DNA of 64,000 bases from Hemiscyllium ocellatum (lineage: Eukaryota), in contig NC_083417.1 of NCBI RefSeq assembly GCF_020745735.1, positions 63,612,001 through 63,676,000 of the forward strand, written 5' to 3'. How positions within the stretch are numbered: position 1 is the first letter of the stretch; every line of letters begins with the position of its first letter. Shown piece after piece: positions 52,301-63,077 of the stretch. The position numbers were made by a program, and so were the translations under genes. The notes under the pieces are model-generated. The model was not told where the DNA came from. It saw only the letters and a list, made by a program, of their open reading frames with translations, and made no database searches.

Positions 52301-53602
52301 AAAAAATTTATGGTAATCATCAGACTTTTAATTCAAGATTGTTTAACATTGAATTGATATATCACAATCGGCCATAACAGGATTCAAAGCCGGGTTCACA
52401 GAACATTACCTGTGACTCTGAATTAACTGTCCAGCGATAAGAAGATTATGCCATTGCCTCTCCAGATATTTGCGCAGATGATCTTTAAGTGTCAAACGTA
52501 TTGTATCTGTCAGGTGTCATATGCAGACCAGAGCAGGTAAGTACAGCAGATTCCCTTTCTGAAAGGATACTCGTGAACCAGATGATGCTTAAAACAACTA
52601 AAAATGTCTACGTGGAAGCTGTTGGCTAGCTTTTTATTGAATTCAAGTTTCACCATTTCCATGGTGGGATTCAAATGCCTGCCTCCAGAACATTAATGTG
52701 GGGTTCTGGTGACTAGCTCAATGACATTATGACGACACCACTACATCCCCATACACTACAGCATTACAAAATTATTTGTTGGTGTTATGATCATGCGCTC
52801 CAGAGCAGTCTCTCGGCCTCAGGGAACAAGTCTTTCAACTGTTTATATAATGTATTGATGGCTAAATAAACAAATTGGGTCTGGAAATGCAGTTAAACCA
52901 TGAAGCATGGGGAAACCATTTTTTGTCTGAGCCATTTCAAATCGTAGTTTTCCACTTAATGTCAGATGCCATGGACTTATCTTGCAGTTCGTGCATGGAG
53001 CAGATCAGATGGTTATGCGGGAGAACATACAATCTTACAACCCATTAAGTCATTAGAGAGAATAATATGTGAACGACGTATAGGTAACTTCAGTTTTCAC
53101 TGACTTAGTATTATATCCAAGATGAAAAACGTTCATGGGTAATGTAGCTGTCAAACCTGCAAGGAAGTTAAGTGGATTGTTAGATTTTAGGCCATTTGAC
53201 TCCATTGAATTTTATTTATGTTCAACTCACTTTTTGCCAATGTTTAACTGTGGCTAGGTAGTTGAGCCTTGGGTCACGCTCTGTATCTAGTTGTGTCGGC
53301 AGATGGATTTAGCTGGAAGGCGTTATTGTTTATGAGTCATCTTCAGGGTTCTAACAAATGAAACAGTATTGCTTCATAAGAAGAATAACGGCATGTGACG
53401 TCGCAATCTTGCTATGTGGTATTGAGATGCTGTTGATGTAAATTCGTGGTATAATCTTCCTGATTGCACATAAATGTTTAAACTGTGTCAAACTTCTTGA
53501 AAATTCGAATAATTTATTTCATACCAGAATTAGGAGCAAGACTATTTTACTTAGAATCTCAAATTTGACCCATTATTCTATAATGTCATGGCTGTTCTGA
53601 TT

Positions 53603-53641
53603 ACAATCCTGAAGAAGGGCTTATGCCCGAAACGTCGAATC
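53603..53641 (+). ncRNA. Minimal type I hammerhead ribozyme motif (dimer-type)
   Basis: CTGAAGA (53609-53615), extra A, stem II GGGC-TTAT-GCCC, GAAA (53629-53632), palindromic ACGT at stem III, GUC cleavage triplet, partial stem I. Confidence 0.65.
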
Positions 53642-53732
53642 TCCTGTTCCTTGGATGCTGCCTGACCTGCTGCACTTTTCCAGCAACACATTTTCAGCTC
53701 TGATCTCCAGCATCTGCAGACTTCACTTTCTC
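53608..53732 (+). mobile_element. Well-preserved Penelope-type short element (125 bp) with 16-bp target-site duplication
   Basis: CTGTTCTGATTACAAT at 53592-53607 and 53733-53748. Body matches the 269-458 family. Confidence 0.88.
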
Positions 53733-53889
53733 CTGTTCTGATTACAATGTCAACTGTATATTCTCGACTACAGTTCACAAGCCTTCTTTCCATTGTTTAT
53801 TAAGAATCAACCTATGCCTTAAAAATATACAAATAGTCTGCATCTACCACATTTTGAGGAAGGGCTGGAAAGACCTACGACAATATGTG

Positions 53890-55830
53890 GTATAATGAAT
53901 TCCTTATCTCTGTTCTGAAAGGCAACTCCTGTTAAAAACGTGTGGCCTCCAGTTCGAGAGTTTCCACGAGAGGAAGGATAATGTTCATGACCACCGTGTA
54001 AAGACTCATCAGGATCCTATATGTCTCAATTAAGTCACTTTTTCTCTTCCAAATTCTAGAGGATATAGTCTTAACAGTGACAATGTAACCCACACATTCC
54101 TGGTATCTTTCAGCGCTACCCTCATCCCTTTTTTATTATTGATGAAAAACTTACACATCTGTCTGACCAGCTGTGCTTTTCCAGGGCCACACTTTTCAAC
54201 ACGCATTCTTGATATCATCTCTGGTAAAGCTTCTCCAACTGCATCTAAAACAACTACATGCTTCCTTAATATAAAATGAGACCAATGCTGAATATAGTAC
54301 CCCAAACATGTTTTCACCAATGACCTGCATAATTTTACGAGGTTCTCACTACTTTTGCGTTCAATACCACCTCATTATAAATGCTGAAATTCTATTAGAT
54401 TTCATAATTGCTTATTGTACCTCCATACTAACCTTCACTTTTTGCTGACTTGGAAGATGTGACATCGATTGCAGGCCAGCATTTATTGCTGCTCCCCAGT
54501 TGCCCTTGCTGTGGTTTAACTCATAATGTAATTAGGGAGGCAATTCCAAGATTTGGATCCAACAGCAGTGAAGGAATGGCCTATATATTTCCACGGTCAG
54601 AATGGTGAATTCATTGGCAGGACTCTTGACAATGTTGGTGCTCCCACGTATATTCTTGTTCTTCTAAATGGAACCGTTCATACATTTGGAAGATGCTATC
54701 TGAAGATCGTTGGTGAATTTCTGCATTGCATCTCATAGATAGTACATAATGCCACAATTGAACATCAATGGAGCCATTGGAATGGATTCCTTATCTCTGC
54801 CCAAACTTACAACTCCTGCTTATAAATTGCAGCCTCCATTTGGAGAGTCACCTGTGAAAGGAGACATAATGTCCACATTCACTCTGTGAAGACTCCTCAG
54901 GATCCTGTATATCTCAATCAAGTTACTTTTTGCTCTTACAAATTCTAGATGATATAAACTTAATCAATTATGCAAAGTGCACATTCCTGGTATTATCACT
55001 AGTAAAGCTTCTCCAACTGTTTCCAATGCAATTTATGTTTCCTTAAAACATAAAAAAAGACCAGTACTGAAAATTTTAATTCAGATATGTTCTCAACAAT
55101 GACCTGAACAATCGAAACTTAATCTCGCGACTTTTGTAAACAATTTGCCTCATTGTAAATGGTGAAATTCCGTTAGATTTCACATGTAATTACTGCGCCT
55201 TCCTACCAATCTTTTCTTTTTATTATTTTGGAATGTGGGTATCGCTGGCTGGCTAGAATTGATTGCTGCTCCCTTCTTGCCCTTGAACAGTAAATGGTGA
55301 GTTGCCTTCTTGAATTTCTATAGTGCACCTCCTGCAGATTGACCCACAATGCCATGAGGGTGGAGGGGGGGGGGGGTGAATTCCAGGATTTTGATCCAGC
55401 GACAGTGAAGGAATTGCGATATATTTGCAAGTCAGGAAGGTGAGTGGCTTAGAGAGATCTTTAACGTGGTGGTGTTCCCATGTACCTGCTGCCCTTGTCC
55501 TTGGACGTGTCCTTGGTTTTGTGTTTGGAAGGTGCTATCTGAAGAACTTTTGTGAATTTTGCAGTGCTTAGTGTAGATAGCATGCAGTGCTGCTCTGAGC
55601 GTCGGTGGTGAAGGGAGTGGATGCTCTGTCCTGGATGGTTTTAACCATCTTGAATATTGTTGTAGCTGCACCCATCGAGCCAAATGGGGACTACTCCAAC
55701 ACATTCCTGATTTATGCCTTTTAGATGATGTAGAGAGTAACTAAATGATTTACTGGCCATAGTAATCCTAGCCTCGGACCTGCTCTTGTAGCCACTATAT
55801 TTATGTGGTGGGTCCTGTTGAGTTTTTGCA
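53890..55830 (-). mobile_element. Two similar composite units, each a decayed CR1 3' fragment followed by an L2-like fragment
   Basis: CAGGATCCT.TAT.TCTCAAT.AAGT.ACTTTTT..TCTT.CAAATTCTAGA at ~54008 and ~54898; CACATTCCTGGTAT and GTAAAGCTTCTCCAACTG occur in both. Confidence 0.6.
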
Positions 55831-57440
55831 ATGAATGCATTAAGGCACACAGTTATTCAGTGTCTCAGAACTTTGTAACCTCTCACCATTTCGAAAATAT
55901 ACTTTTTTTTTCATTCCTTAGGACGAAATTTTGCATTTTCCACGTTATATTCAATTCTCAAATTATTTCACAATCATTAAAACATTTGTTAACAGAAGGA
56001 TGTTTTGCCCAATAGAACATTGCCTCTAAACCAGCTTACCTTTAGATCTGGTTATTTCAGAGAGAGGGCCAATCACTGTAAATGGGGGTTAGTCTGGGTG
56101 ACCTGAAAATAAGCTACTGATTTAAGACCTTTAATTGCAGCATTTAAAGTTTTGTTAAAGCTTTGCCAAAACACAGTCAAACTTCTACTGGATTTATTTC
56201 AGTAAGTTTAGTTGCATGGCAAGGGTTGAAGTTAGGATGCAGGTTAAGCTAAAACATTTGAACATGATACTTAATTATAAAAGTCACTTCCTACAACTCA
56301 GTTCTGCCAACTCTAAATCCATGATTCTCTGTACAGAAATCTAATTGTTTCTTGCTTCAATCAGGTCCTTTAAAGAACTACATTTCATTTTATTTGAAAT
56401 AAGCGTAAGAAAGTGCATAAATTGTAAACTATAAGGTGCATTGTGCATACTAAGTTGCTTTTATATAATACCGCAATTAATTCCACAGCAGTCGCCATTT
56501 CTAACAGCAATGAATTACGTCAAGACAAAACACTTTCCAGAATTGTCAGGAGGCCCTTTTTAAAGATTAGCTCATTAACATGTTTATGTTTCAACTATAG
56601 GAAGCGACTTTTTTAATGGAATGATTGCAGAAGATTGCGCTATTGGCAAAGGTTTTCATGGGTGAAATCGATAAATGTACTTAACAGTTTTACTCATCTC
56701 CAAACTAAATCATGTGCTGAAATATTATTTTCGCTTCACCTGGTCTGAATTATCTGGCAAGCTCAACAGAAATATTGGCTGTAACTCCCAAGAGCAATTA
56801 CTGCATATCTTGAATGATTCCAACTTGGAAGACAAAAGCAAACATGACAATAGAAATGAGTTCTCGATTGACAATGACTTTTTTCCTCATTTCATTCCCT
56901 GGTATTTTCCTATGTGATGCCATTACTGTCAGCGCTGTTTCGAATTATTTTCCTCCTTTTGCCCTAAATATATCAATCAGGGTACTCAACCTAATTTCTG
57001 CAGGTAGTTAAGTTTAAGATTGCTCCGTCTAACGATTTCCAAAGCTTATTCGTTTTCTGCTTCCCCTCGTATTGGTCTTGGATTTTTTTTCTTAAATATT
57101 CTATTCTGAACAAGAATTGTCTCCTGGTTTATATTGTTTCCACTATTCACCTTTTCACTGCAAGGACAAACATATTCTACGGTTCCAGAATGTGAATTAA
57201 CTTAAGTACTGAGCATTGCAGCTGCGCCTGTCACAACTAGCTGTCAACTAATCACGTTAAGATTATAACGGTTAACTGATTCAATCAATCACTTTATCAA
57301 GTACAACTTGGTATAAAATCTAACAAAATTTTTAAACGGATCCATAAGTCTGATGTTGCACTGAATTAACATTGCATTATGTGATGCGGCCCTGATGTAC
57401 AAAGAAAGCATGCCTCCATTTCCCGCTTAAACTCGAACAA

Positions 57441-57470
57441 TGACGTTACAACCACAGACATGAACATCCA
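57441..57470 (+). promoter_or_regulatory. Gene D proximal promoter candidate: CRE/ATF-like + RUNX site
   Basis: TGACGTTA (57441-57448) followed by ACCACA (57451-57456) and CAGACATGAACATCC, ~100-130 nt upstream of the ATG. Confidence 0.4.
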
Positions 57471-57571
57471 ACGGCATTGCCTCACACTACTTATTAGGTT
57501 ACACACTGGCATTTTTCGCCAAATACTGTGTCTTTCGTGTTATCTTCTAACTTCAAGAACCATTTGTTGAT

Positions 57572-57626
57572 ATGGCTGTGAAAGCTGTGCTTCAGAGTAT
57601 ACAGCTCATAAAGATCATTTTCATTG
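57572..57626 (+). CDS. Gene D exon 1: leader MAVKAVLQSIQLIKIIFI
   Basis: 55 nt, G|GTATTT donor, phase 1, followed by a 93-nt intron ending CTCTTACAG. Confidence 0.72.
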
Positions 57627-57719
57627 GTATTTTCCAGAATTCGCTCTTTGTCTTTATGTTTGTCTCATGTTTTCTCTCTAAATCTTCCTCAGTGTTTTAC
57701 AAACACTTTTCTCTTACAG

Positions 57720-58034
57720 TTGCTGCTGATGTTCCTGTTGAAGTGTCCCAGAACCCCGAACATATCTATGCCACAACTGATACAAACATCACATTCTATT
57801 GCACGTTTTCTGTTTTTCAAGACAAACAGGTGATCATTTATTGGTCGAAACTTGGTGAAAATGAATTCATTCAGACTGGATCAGACGACAGGAAACGACT
57901 TTCCATCGAGAAAGGAAGAGCCTCATTACAACTCCTGAATGTCAGTGTCCAAGACTCTGGAGTCTATTATTGCAGACTGACACGCCCGGGAAACAGAGCC
58001 GCAAATGGAAGTGGATCAACACTTGTCATTCGTG
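57720..58034 (+). CDS. Gene D exon 2: germline-joined VJ-type Ig V domain
   Basis: 315 nt, phase 1-1, G|GTAAGA donor. VSQNP..ITFYC..IYWSK..LQLLNVSVQDSGVYYC..ANGSGSTLVI. Confidence 0.93.
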
Positions 58035-58261
58035 GTAAGAGATGTTCAATGGAGTAGACTGAAAATTCTCACACTTATTACAATTAGAAAAATGTAATTG
58101 GCATCACGTTTTTCTCTTCCTTGGGCGTTCCATTAATGCTTAAATTAGAAAATAAATGTCTCAAAAGAAATATTTAATTAAGAATCAGATGATATCCCTC
58201 TACGTCGAGGTTCCACGATCTTGATTTCCTAACATTGTTTCGATTATTTCATGCACGAAAA

Positions 58262-58565
58262 CTCGCACAGACCAACTAATCTGCACGTCTTTGGACTATT
58301 GGAGGAAACTAAAACACCCAGAGTAAACCAATAGAGACACGAGCGAACGTGCAAACTCCACACAGTCAACTAACCGTGGTTAATGCTTTGGTTTCTTCCC
58401 ATAGCCTAAAATGTGCAGGATATGTGATTTGACAATGCTAAATTATCCAGTAAAGACCAGGGATATGCAGGCTAGTAGGATAGGGTAGAGGACTGGGTCC
58501 GGGTAGTGTGCTCTTTGGATGTACGGTGCACTCTTGATGGATCGAATGGCCTCTGTATACACGGT
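58262..58565. mobile_element. HE1-type SINE pieces in opposite orientations (gene D V-C1 intron)
   Basis: ACTAATCTGCACGTCTTTGGAC...GTGCAAACTCCACACAGTC (minus) followed by AATGTGCAGG...ATGCTAAATT...GAATGGCCTCTG (plus). Confidence 0.65.
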
Positions 58566-60190
58566 AGACATGATTCTAAGCGTTTCCATGTCATTCAAGT
58601 ATGGATATTGAGTGGAAAATTACTTGAACATTGTTTAGTATAGGAAACATTTGAAAGTATTAAACTTGTTTTTGATGACTGTCAAAACAAAAACAGTCAA
58701 GCTAAAAGTCGTTTAAATGTATTTGAAATATAATTTCAATCAAAACAGGATGTGTAAATTTGCTGCATGTGATCAGCTTTGAATGTTGTGTGCCAGTTTT
58801 TCTGCGGTAAAAAAAGGAAGTCTTTGATGTTGCAAATTCTTTTTCCACATTATTACGTATTTTAAAGTGTTAGTTAACTATAGCTGACATAATGGCAAAA
58901 TGCTTTAAAAGCAGAAATCTGAACCTACCAGATAATTAGTGATAATGCTTGGTGGATACATGTTGACCAAAAAATTGGGACAATCACAATTAACTTGTCT
59001 GATCTATACTAGAGCATATTTTACTTTCATTGAAGAGGTCAGAATGGGCTTTGGTGTATTCTCCTGGATATACTGGCTGCTTTCCATTGCAGCGCTCTCT
59101 CCGTACGATTCTAAAGGATTGGCCTTGATTGTTTCTCCAAATCTATTGTGTAGAGCTTGGAGCTGACACCCGTCTTGGAGTGAAGCGTGTTTCCACGTGC
59201 TATGAGAACATGGTGTTTTCCAGCTCGAAGAATCAAACACTCGACTGTTTGGTCGCATTTGTAGTTTTCAGTTGATTTGGTCAGTTTTTGGTGGGCTAAC
59301 GCAAGACGGTGAATCACCTCAAATCCCTTCAGAAGCAGGAAAAAACTTAATAACGAATGTAATTACTTGTTTCTTGAATTTTGTAAACTCTATTTGCCTC
59401 AGTTTAAATCTCCGATATATCTCCCACTCTGAAGTAACTCGCGAAACGTAAGAGCATCTTTATCTAATTCCCTGACTGAGGCTATAGAGTTCTCAATCAT
59501 GTTATGCCTCCCATGTTTATTTCAGCAACAAGATGGATTGTGGCTTTGAGGCGACAATTCCTCTGCTCACTGCAAGTAGCCACACAGACTGAATATATTC
59601 TGGAAGTTTCCTCTGGTCACATATTGATGGCGTATTGAAGTTTGCCAAAAGGAAAGTTATCTCATCTTCACTACCGTGGCATCCTGAAATTCATTGAACA
59701 TTCTTTAATTTGTTTTCTTCCTCATCAGGTGATGCAGGAAAGATAAATTTGGAGATCCAGGGAAAATTGTAATAAATTTCGAAATCCAACCCCACTTGCA
59801 GGTTGCTATGATCCGAATACGCTATCTGGAAGGCCATTAGAATCAGGTTCAGTAGGAACTTCAAAAGGCCGTGGATCAATGCTTGAACCTGATCATTTTC
59901 ACACCGAAGGGAAAGAACAGATACGAGAAAATTATTGCATAATTCTTCCAAGAAAGCAGCGTGGGCAGGATAGACCAAAATAGCAGGTTTGCTGTACCAT
60001 CCTATGATTATATAAAAGACCATAATTGATAGACAAAGCATTCACTTCACCTTTACCACTCATGCTATTTGCTGTTATTTGCTGTTATAGTCTATCCAGA
60101 ATAATTGAAAAGGGTCCTCCATAAAATGGACGCCATTCTAATTTGCAGAGCAGACGAGATTGTTAACTTCCTTGTTCGTTGTTTCACCAG

Positions 60191-60505
60191 CTTCTCCAAC
60201 TCCATTGAGGATTGTTTCCCGTCCCTATGAAAGTAATGCACACAGTTCTTTGTCTTTGGCATGTGAAATGGATTTGGTTTTCCTGAACGGTCTGACTGTC
60301 ACTTGGTGCAAAAATAATCGAAGCACTGAGAATGGGATAAATACGACCACGAAACTACTCAGTGGCGCAGGGCTGTATAAAATTTCAAGCTATTTGGAAG
60401 AAGCACGGCCTATCCAAGGAAGAACTGTTTTTGTCTGTCTGATGTCTCAAGCGACCCTACAGATTCCAGCCATGGCCATTTACTTGGTCCCTATTTCTCG
60501 TCTAG
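60191..60505 (+). CDS. Gene D exon 3: C1-set domain, divergent
   Basis: GTTTCACCAG acceptor, TAG|GTATGA donor, 315 nt, phase 1-1. LACEMDLVFLNGLTVTWCKNN...GLYKISSYL...FVCLMSQATL. Confidence 0.88.
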
Positions 60506-60659
60506 GTATGATGCTACGCTCAGCAAACACAAAAACAAAAAAACTCAGATATAGTCTGACACAAAAGCTCAGAACATACTCGCACAATCCAAATTATAAG
60601 AAACCTGCAAGTGCAATATTTCTCTGCGCAAAATCTCACAACCTATGATTTGTAACGAG

Positions 60660-61880
60660 GAGGTCATGCCTGATCAACCAAATTTAAATTTGCAAAGAGG
60701 TGAACATGTATGCAGATAGCAACAATGCATTTTATACACTCTATGCCGATTTCAGCTATGTTTTTGATGCAATTCTGCACGGGAAAGTGGAAGAAAATAT
60801 AGCAGATCATGGGATCCAAGGAAATTTGTCAAATTGGGTCCATAATTGGCTGAGAAGCAAGGAGCAGATAGTTATGGTTGACAGGCGTTTTTTCAATTGA
60901 AAACCTGAGTTCAGTGGGGACCCACATGGATCGGTGTTAAGCCACTGCAGTTTATGTTTATGTGAATGCTTTAAACTTTTATGTATGAGGGTTGATCAAT
61001 AAGTTCACAGTTAATATAAAAAAGACGGTGGATGGTAAATATTAAGTAGGATTACTTTAGATTACACGAGGATATGGACGAACTGGTCAGATGAGCTGAT
61101 CAGTGAGAAGTGGAATTCAATCCAGAAAAATGCATGCTGATGTAACTGGACAGGAAAGACAAGGCAGGGAATACATGGTAAAAGCTGGGACCCTAGGAAG
61201 CATCGAGGATCAGATGGTATGCTTGTTACACTTATACACTAGCCACTTAAGTTTCAGGGCAGCGAATGATGAATTGATTAAGAAGGCATTTGGTGTATTT
61301 GCTGTTGATAGCCAAGGCGTAAATTTAAAAACAGGGAAGTTATTCTGGAACTATAAAATTGTTCATTCGCCACAGCTAGTGTATGATATGCAGTTCTGGA
61401 TTCCACTTTATGGGAGGGATGTGATCGCACAGGAGGTGATGCAGAGAAGATATACCAGGATATTACTTGGACTGCAGAGTTTCAGTTATGAAGACAGACT
61501 GGACAGACTGGGATGTTTTCTTAGAGCAAGTGAAATTGAGAAGGGACTTGACTGAGATTTATAAAATTTGAAGGGGACAGATAGGGTAAAAGGAGAAAGA
61601 AACTGGTCCAATCAATGGAGCAATCACTGAGTGGGGTTAGGGAGAGTGAGTGGAGCAAATAGATTTACGCTAAGAAGCAGAAGGTTTAGACCAGACGTAA
61701 GTGGGAAAAGGCGTTTTCGACAGAAGGTGGAGGAAATTTGGAATTCAATGACTGTAAATGTGGTAGAGATAGAAATCCTCATAAAATTTAAGAAGTATGT
61801 GGATGTATATTGTACTTGCAAAGGCACATGAGACTTTGGGTCAAGTGCTGGAAACTGTGATTTTAATAGTTAAGTAGTTA
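60660..61880 (+). mobile_element. Decayed CR1-clade LINE RT/3' fragment in the gene D C1-TM intron
   Basis: YADFSYVFDAILHGK, VHNWLRSKEQIVMV, MQFWIPLYGRDVIA..VMQRRYTRIL. Confidence 0.8.
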
Positions 61881-62298
61881 CCCTTACTGGCATGAACACA
61901 TAAAGCCTTCTTCTATTTTGTAGATCTCAATAACTGTATGGCAACACCACATTTCAATGTTTGCTGCTGAATGAGTCGGTGCTGGGAATTATACTGCAGT
62001 AATAACCATGGAAACTAAGCATTACCTGAGTTTTAAAAATCTGTTCAGTATAACAAGTGCTTCACCCTAGTCATAATTTCCAGAACAATCAGGTTCGCAA
62101 TTTTTGGCAGACCATATCCTTTGAATTAGTTACATCAAGACATACCTAACGTAATACAACTCCACAAAGGCATGCTTGAATAGAATTCCACATGATGACA
62201 GAGGAGTACAACTTGAAGCAATTAACTCGTTAAACATTGAAAAAAAGCTCAATTGTCATATATAGCACCATTTCTGAAAGTGAGTATTAATTTTCCAG

Positions 62299-62415
62299 AA
62301 GATGACAACATGTTTCCCACTTATTTACGGATCTTTGGATGCACAGGATTTGTACTGATGTTTTTGGCACTGCTGGCTATCATTAGAATGTGGCACATAT
62401 TCGGTAACCACAAAG
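62299..62415 (+). CDS. Gene D exon 4: stalk + neutral transmembrane helix
   Basis: TTTTCCAG acceptor, AAG|GTAAGA donor, 117 nt, phase 1-1. EDDNMFPTYLRIFGCTGFVLMFLALLAIIRMWHIFGNHK. Confidence 0.87.
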
Positions 62416-62544
62416 GTAAGATATCATACTATCATTTAACGGAAACCATTCAAAAATCAACAGAAGTAGTGAAATACAATATTGCTTTAATATTGGTATG
62501 AGTGTAAACGTACTTTGTTCTCAGTTTTTGCTTCTTTTTACACC

Positions 62545-62780
62545 CAAGTGTACAATTCACGCCTCAGGCGACTGACTGTGTGGAGCTTGCACATTCTTTC
62601 CGTGTCTGCGTGGGTTTCTTCCGGCTGCTCCGGCTTCCTCCCACAATCCAAAAATGTGCAGGTTAGATGAATTGGCCATGCTAAATTGCCCATAGTGTTA
62701 GGTGAAGGGGTAAGTGTAGGGGAATGAGTCTGGGTGGGTTGCACTTCGGCGGGGCGGTGTGGACTTGTTGGCCGAAGGGC
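62545..62780 (+). mobile_element. HE1-type SINE (5'-truncated)
   Basis: GACTGTGTGGAGCTTGCACATTCT...ATGTGCAGGTTAG...GGCCGAAGGGCCTGTTTCCACACT. Confidence 0.82.
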
Positions 62781-63033
62781 CTGTTTCCACACTATAAGTT
62801 TTATAATCTAAAAAGTCGGAAGTCTGCTTTTGGGGATCTGTGTGATTAAATACACTAAGAGAAACATTTATCCAATATTTTGCTCCATGTTATAGACAGA
62901 AATTGAGTCAGTAATTTTGCTCCCATTTGCCAACCAATGGAAGAGTAGATATGACTTACTTTGCCCTGACTGTAAATTGATATTTACTTGCGGAATCATT
63001 TCTTGCAATGACATGTGAAATTTTGTGTTTTAG

Positions 63034-63077
63034 CAAACAGACAGAGAAACGATGAAGCAAGCCATTGCGGCAACTCT
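63034..63077 (+). CDS. Gene D exon 5: cytoplasmic exon ANRQRNDEASHCGNS; terminal exon not found in the window
   Basis: TTTTGTGTTTTAG acceptor, |GTAAGT donor, 44 nt, phase 1-0, matching gene C exon 5. Confidence 0.78.

Noticed and set aside
59000-60050. Several 70-116 aa ORFs in the gene D V-C1 intron
   Set aside because: Probably a decayed retroelement; I could not assign a family or any Ig-like exon.
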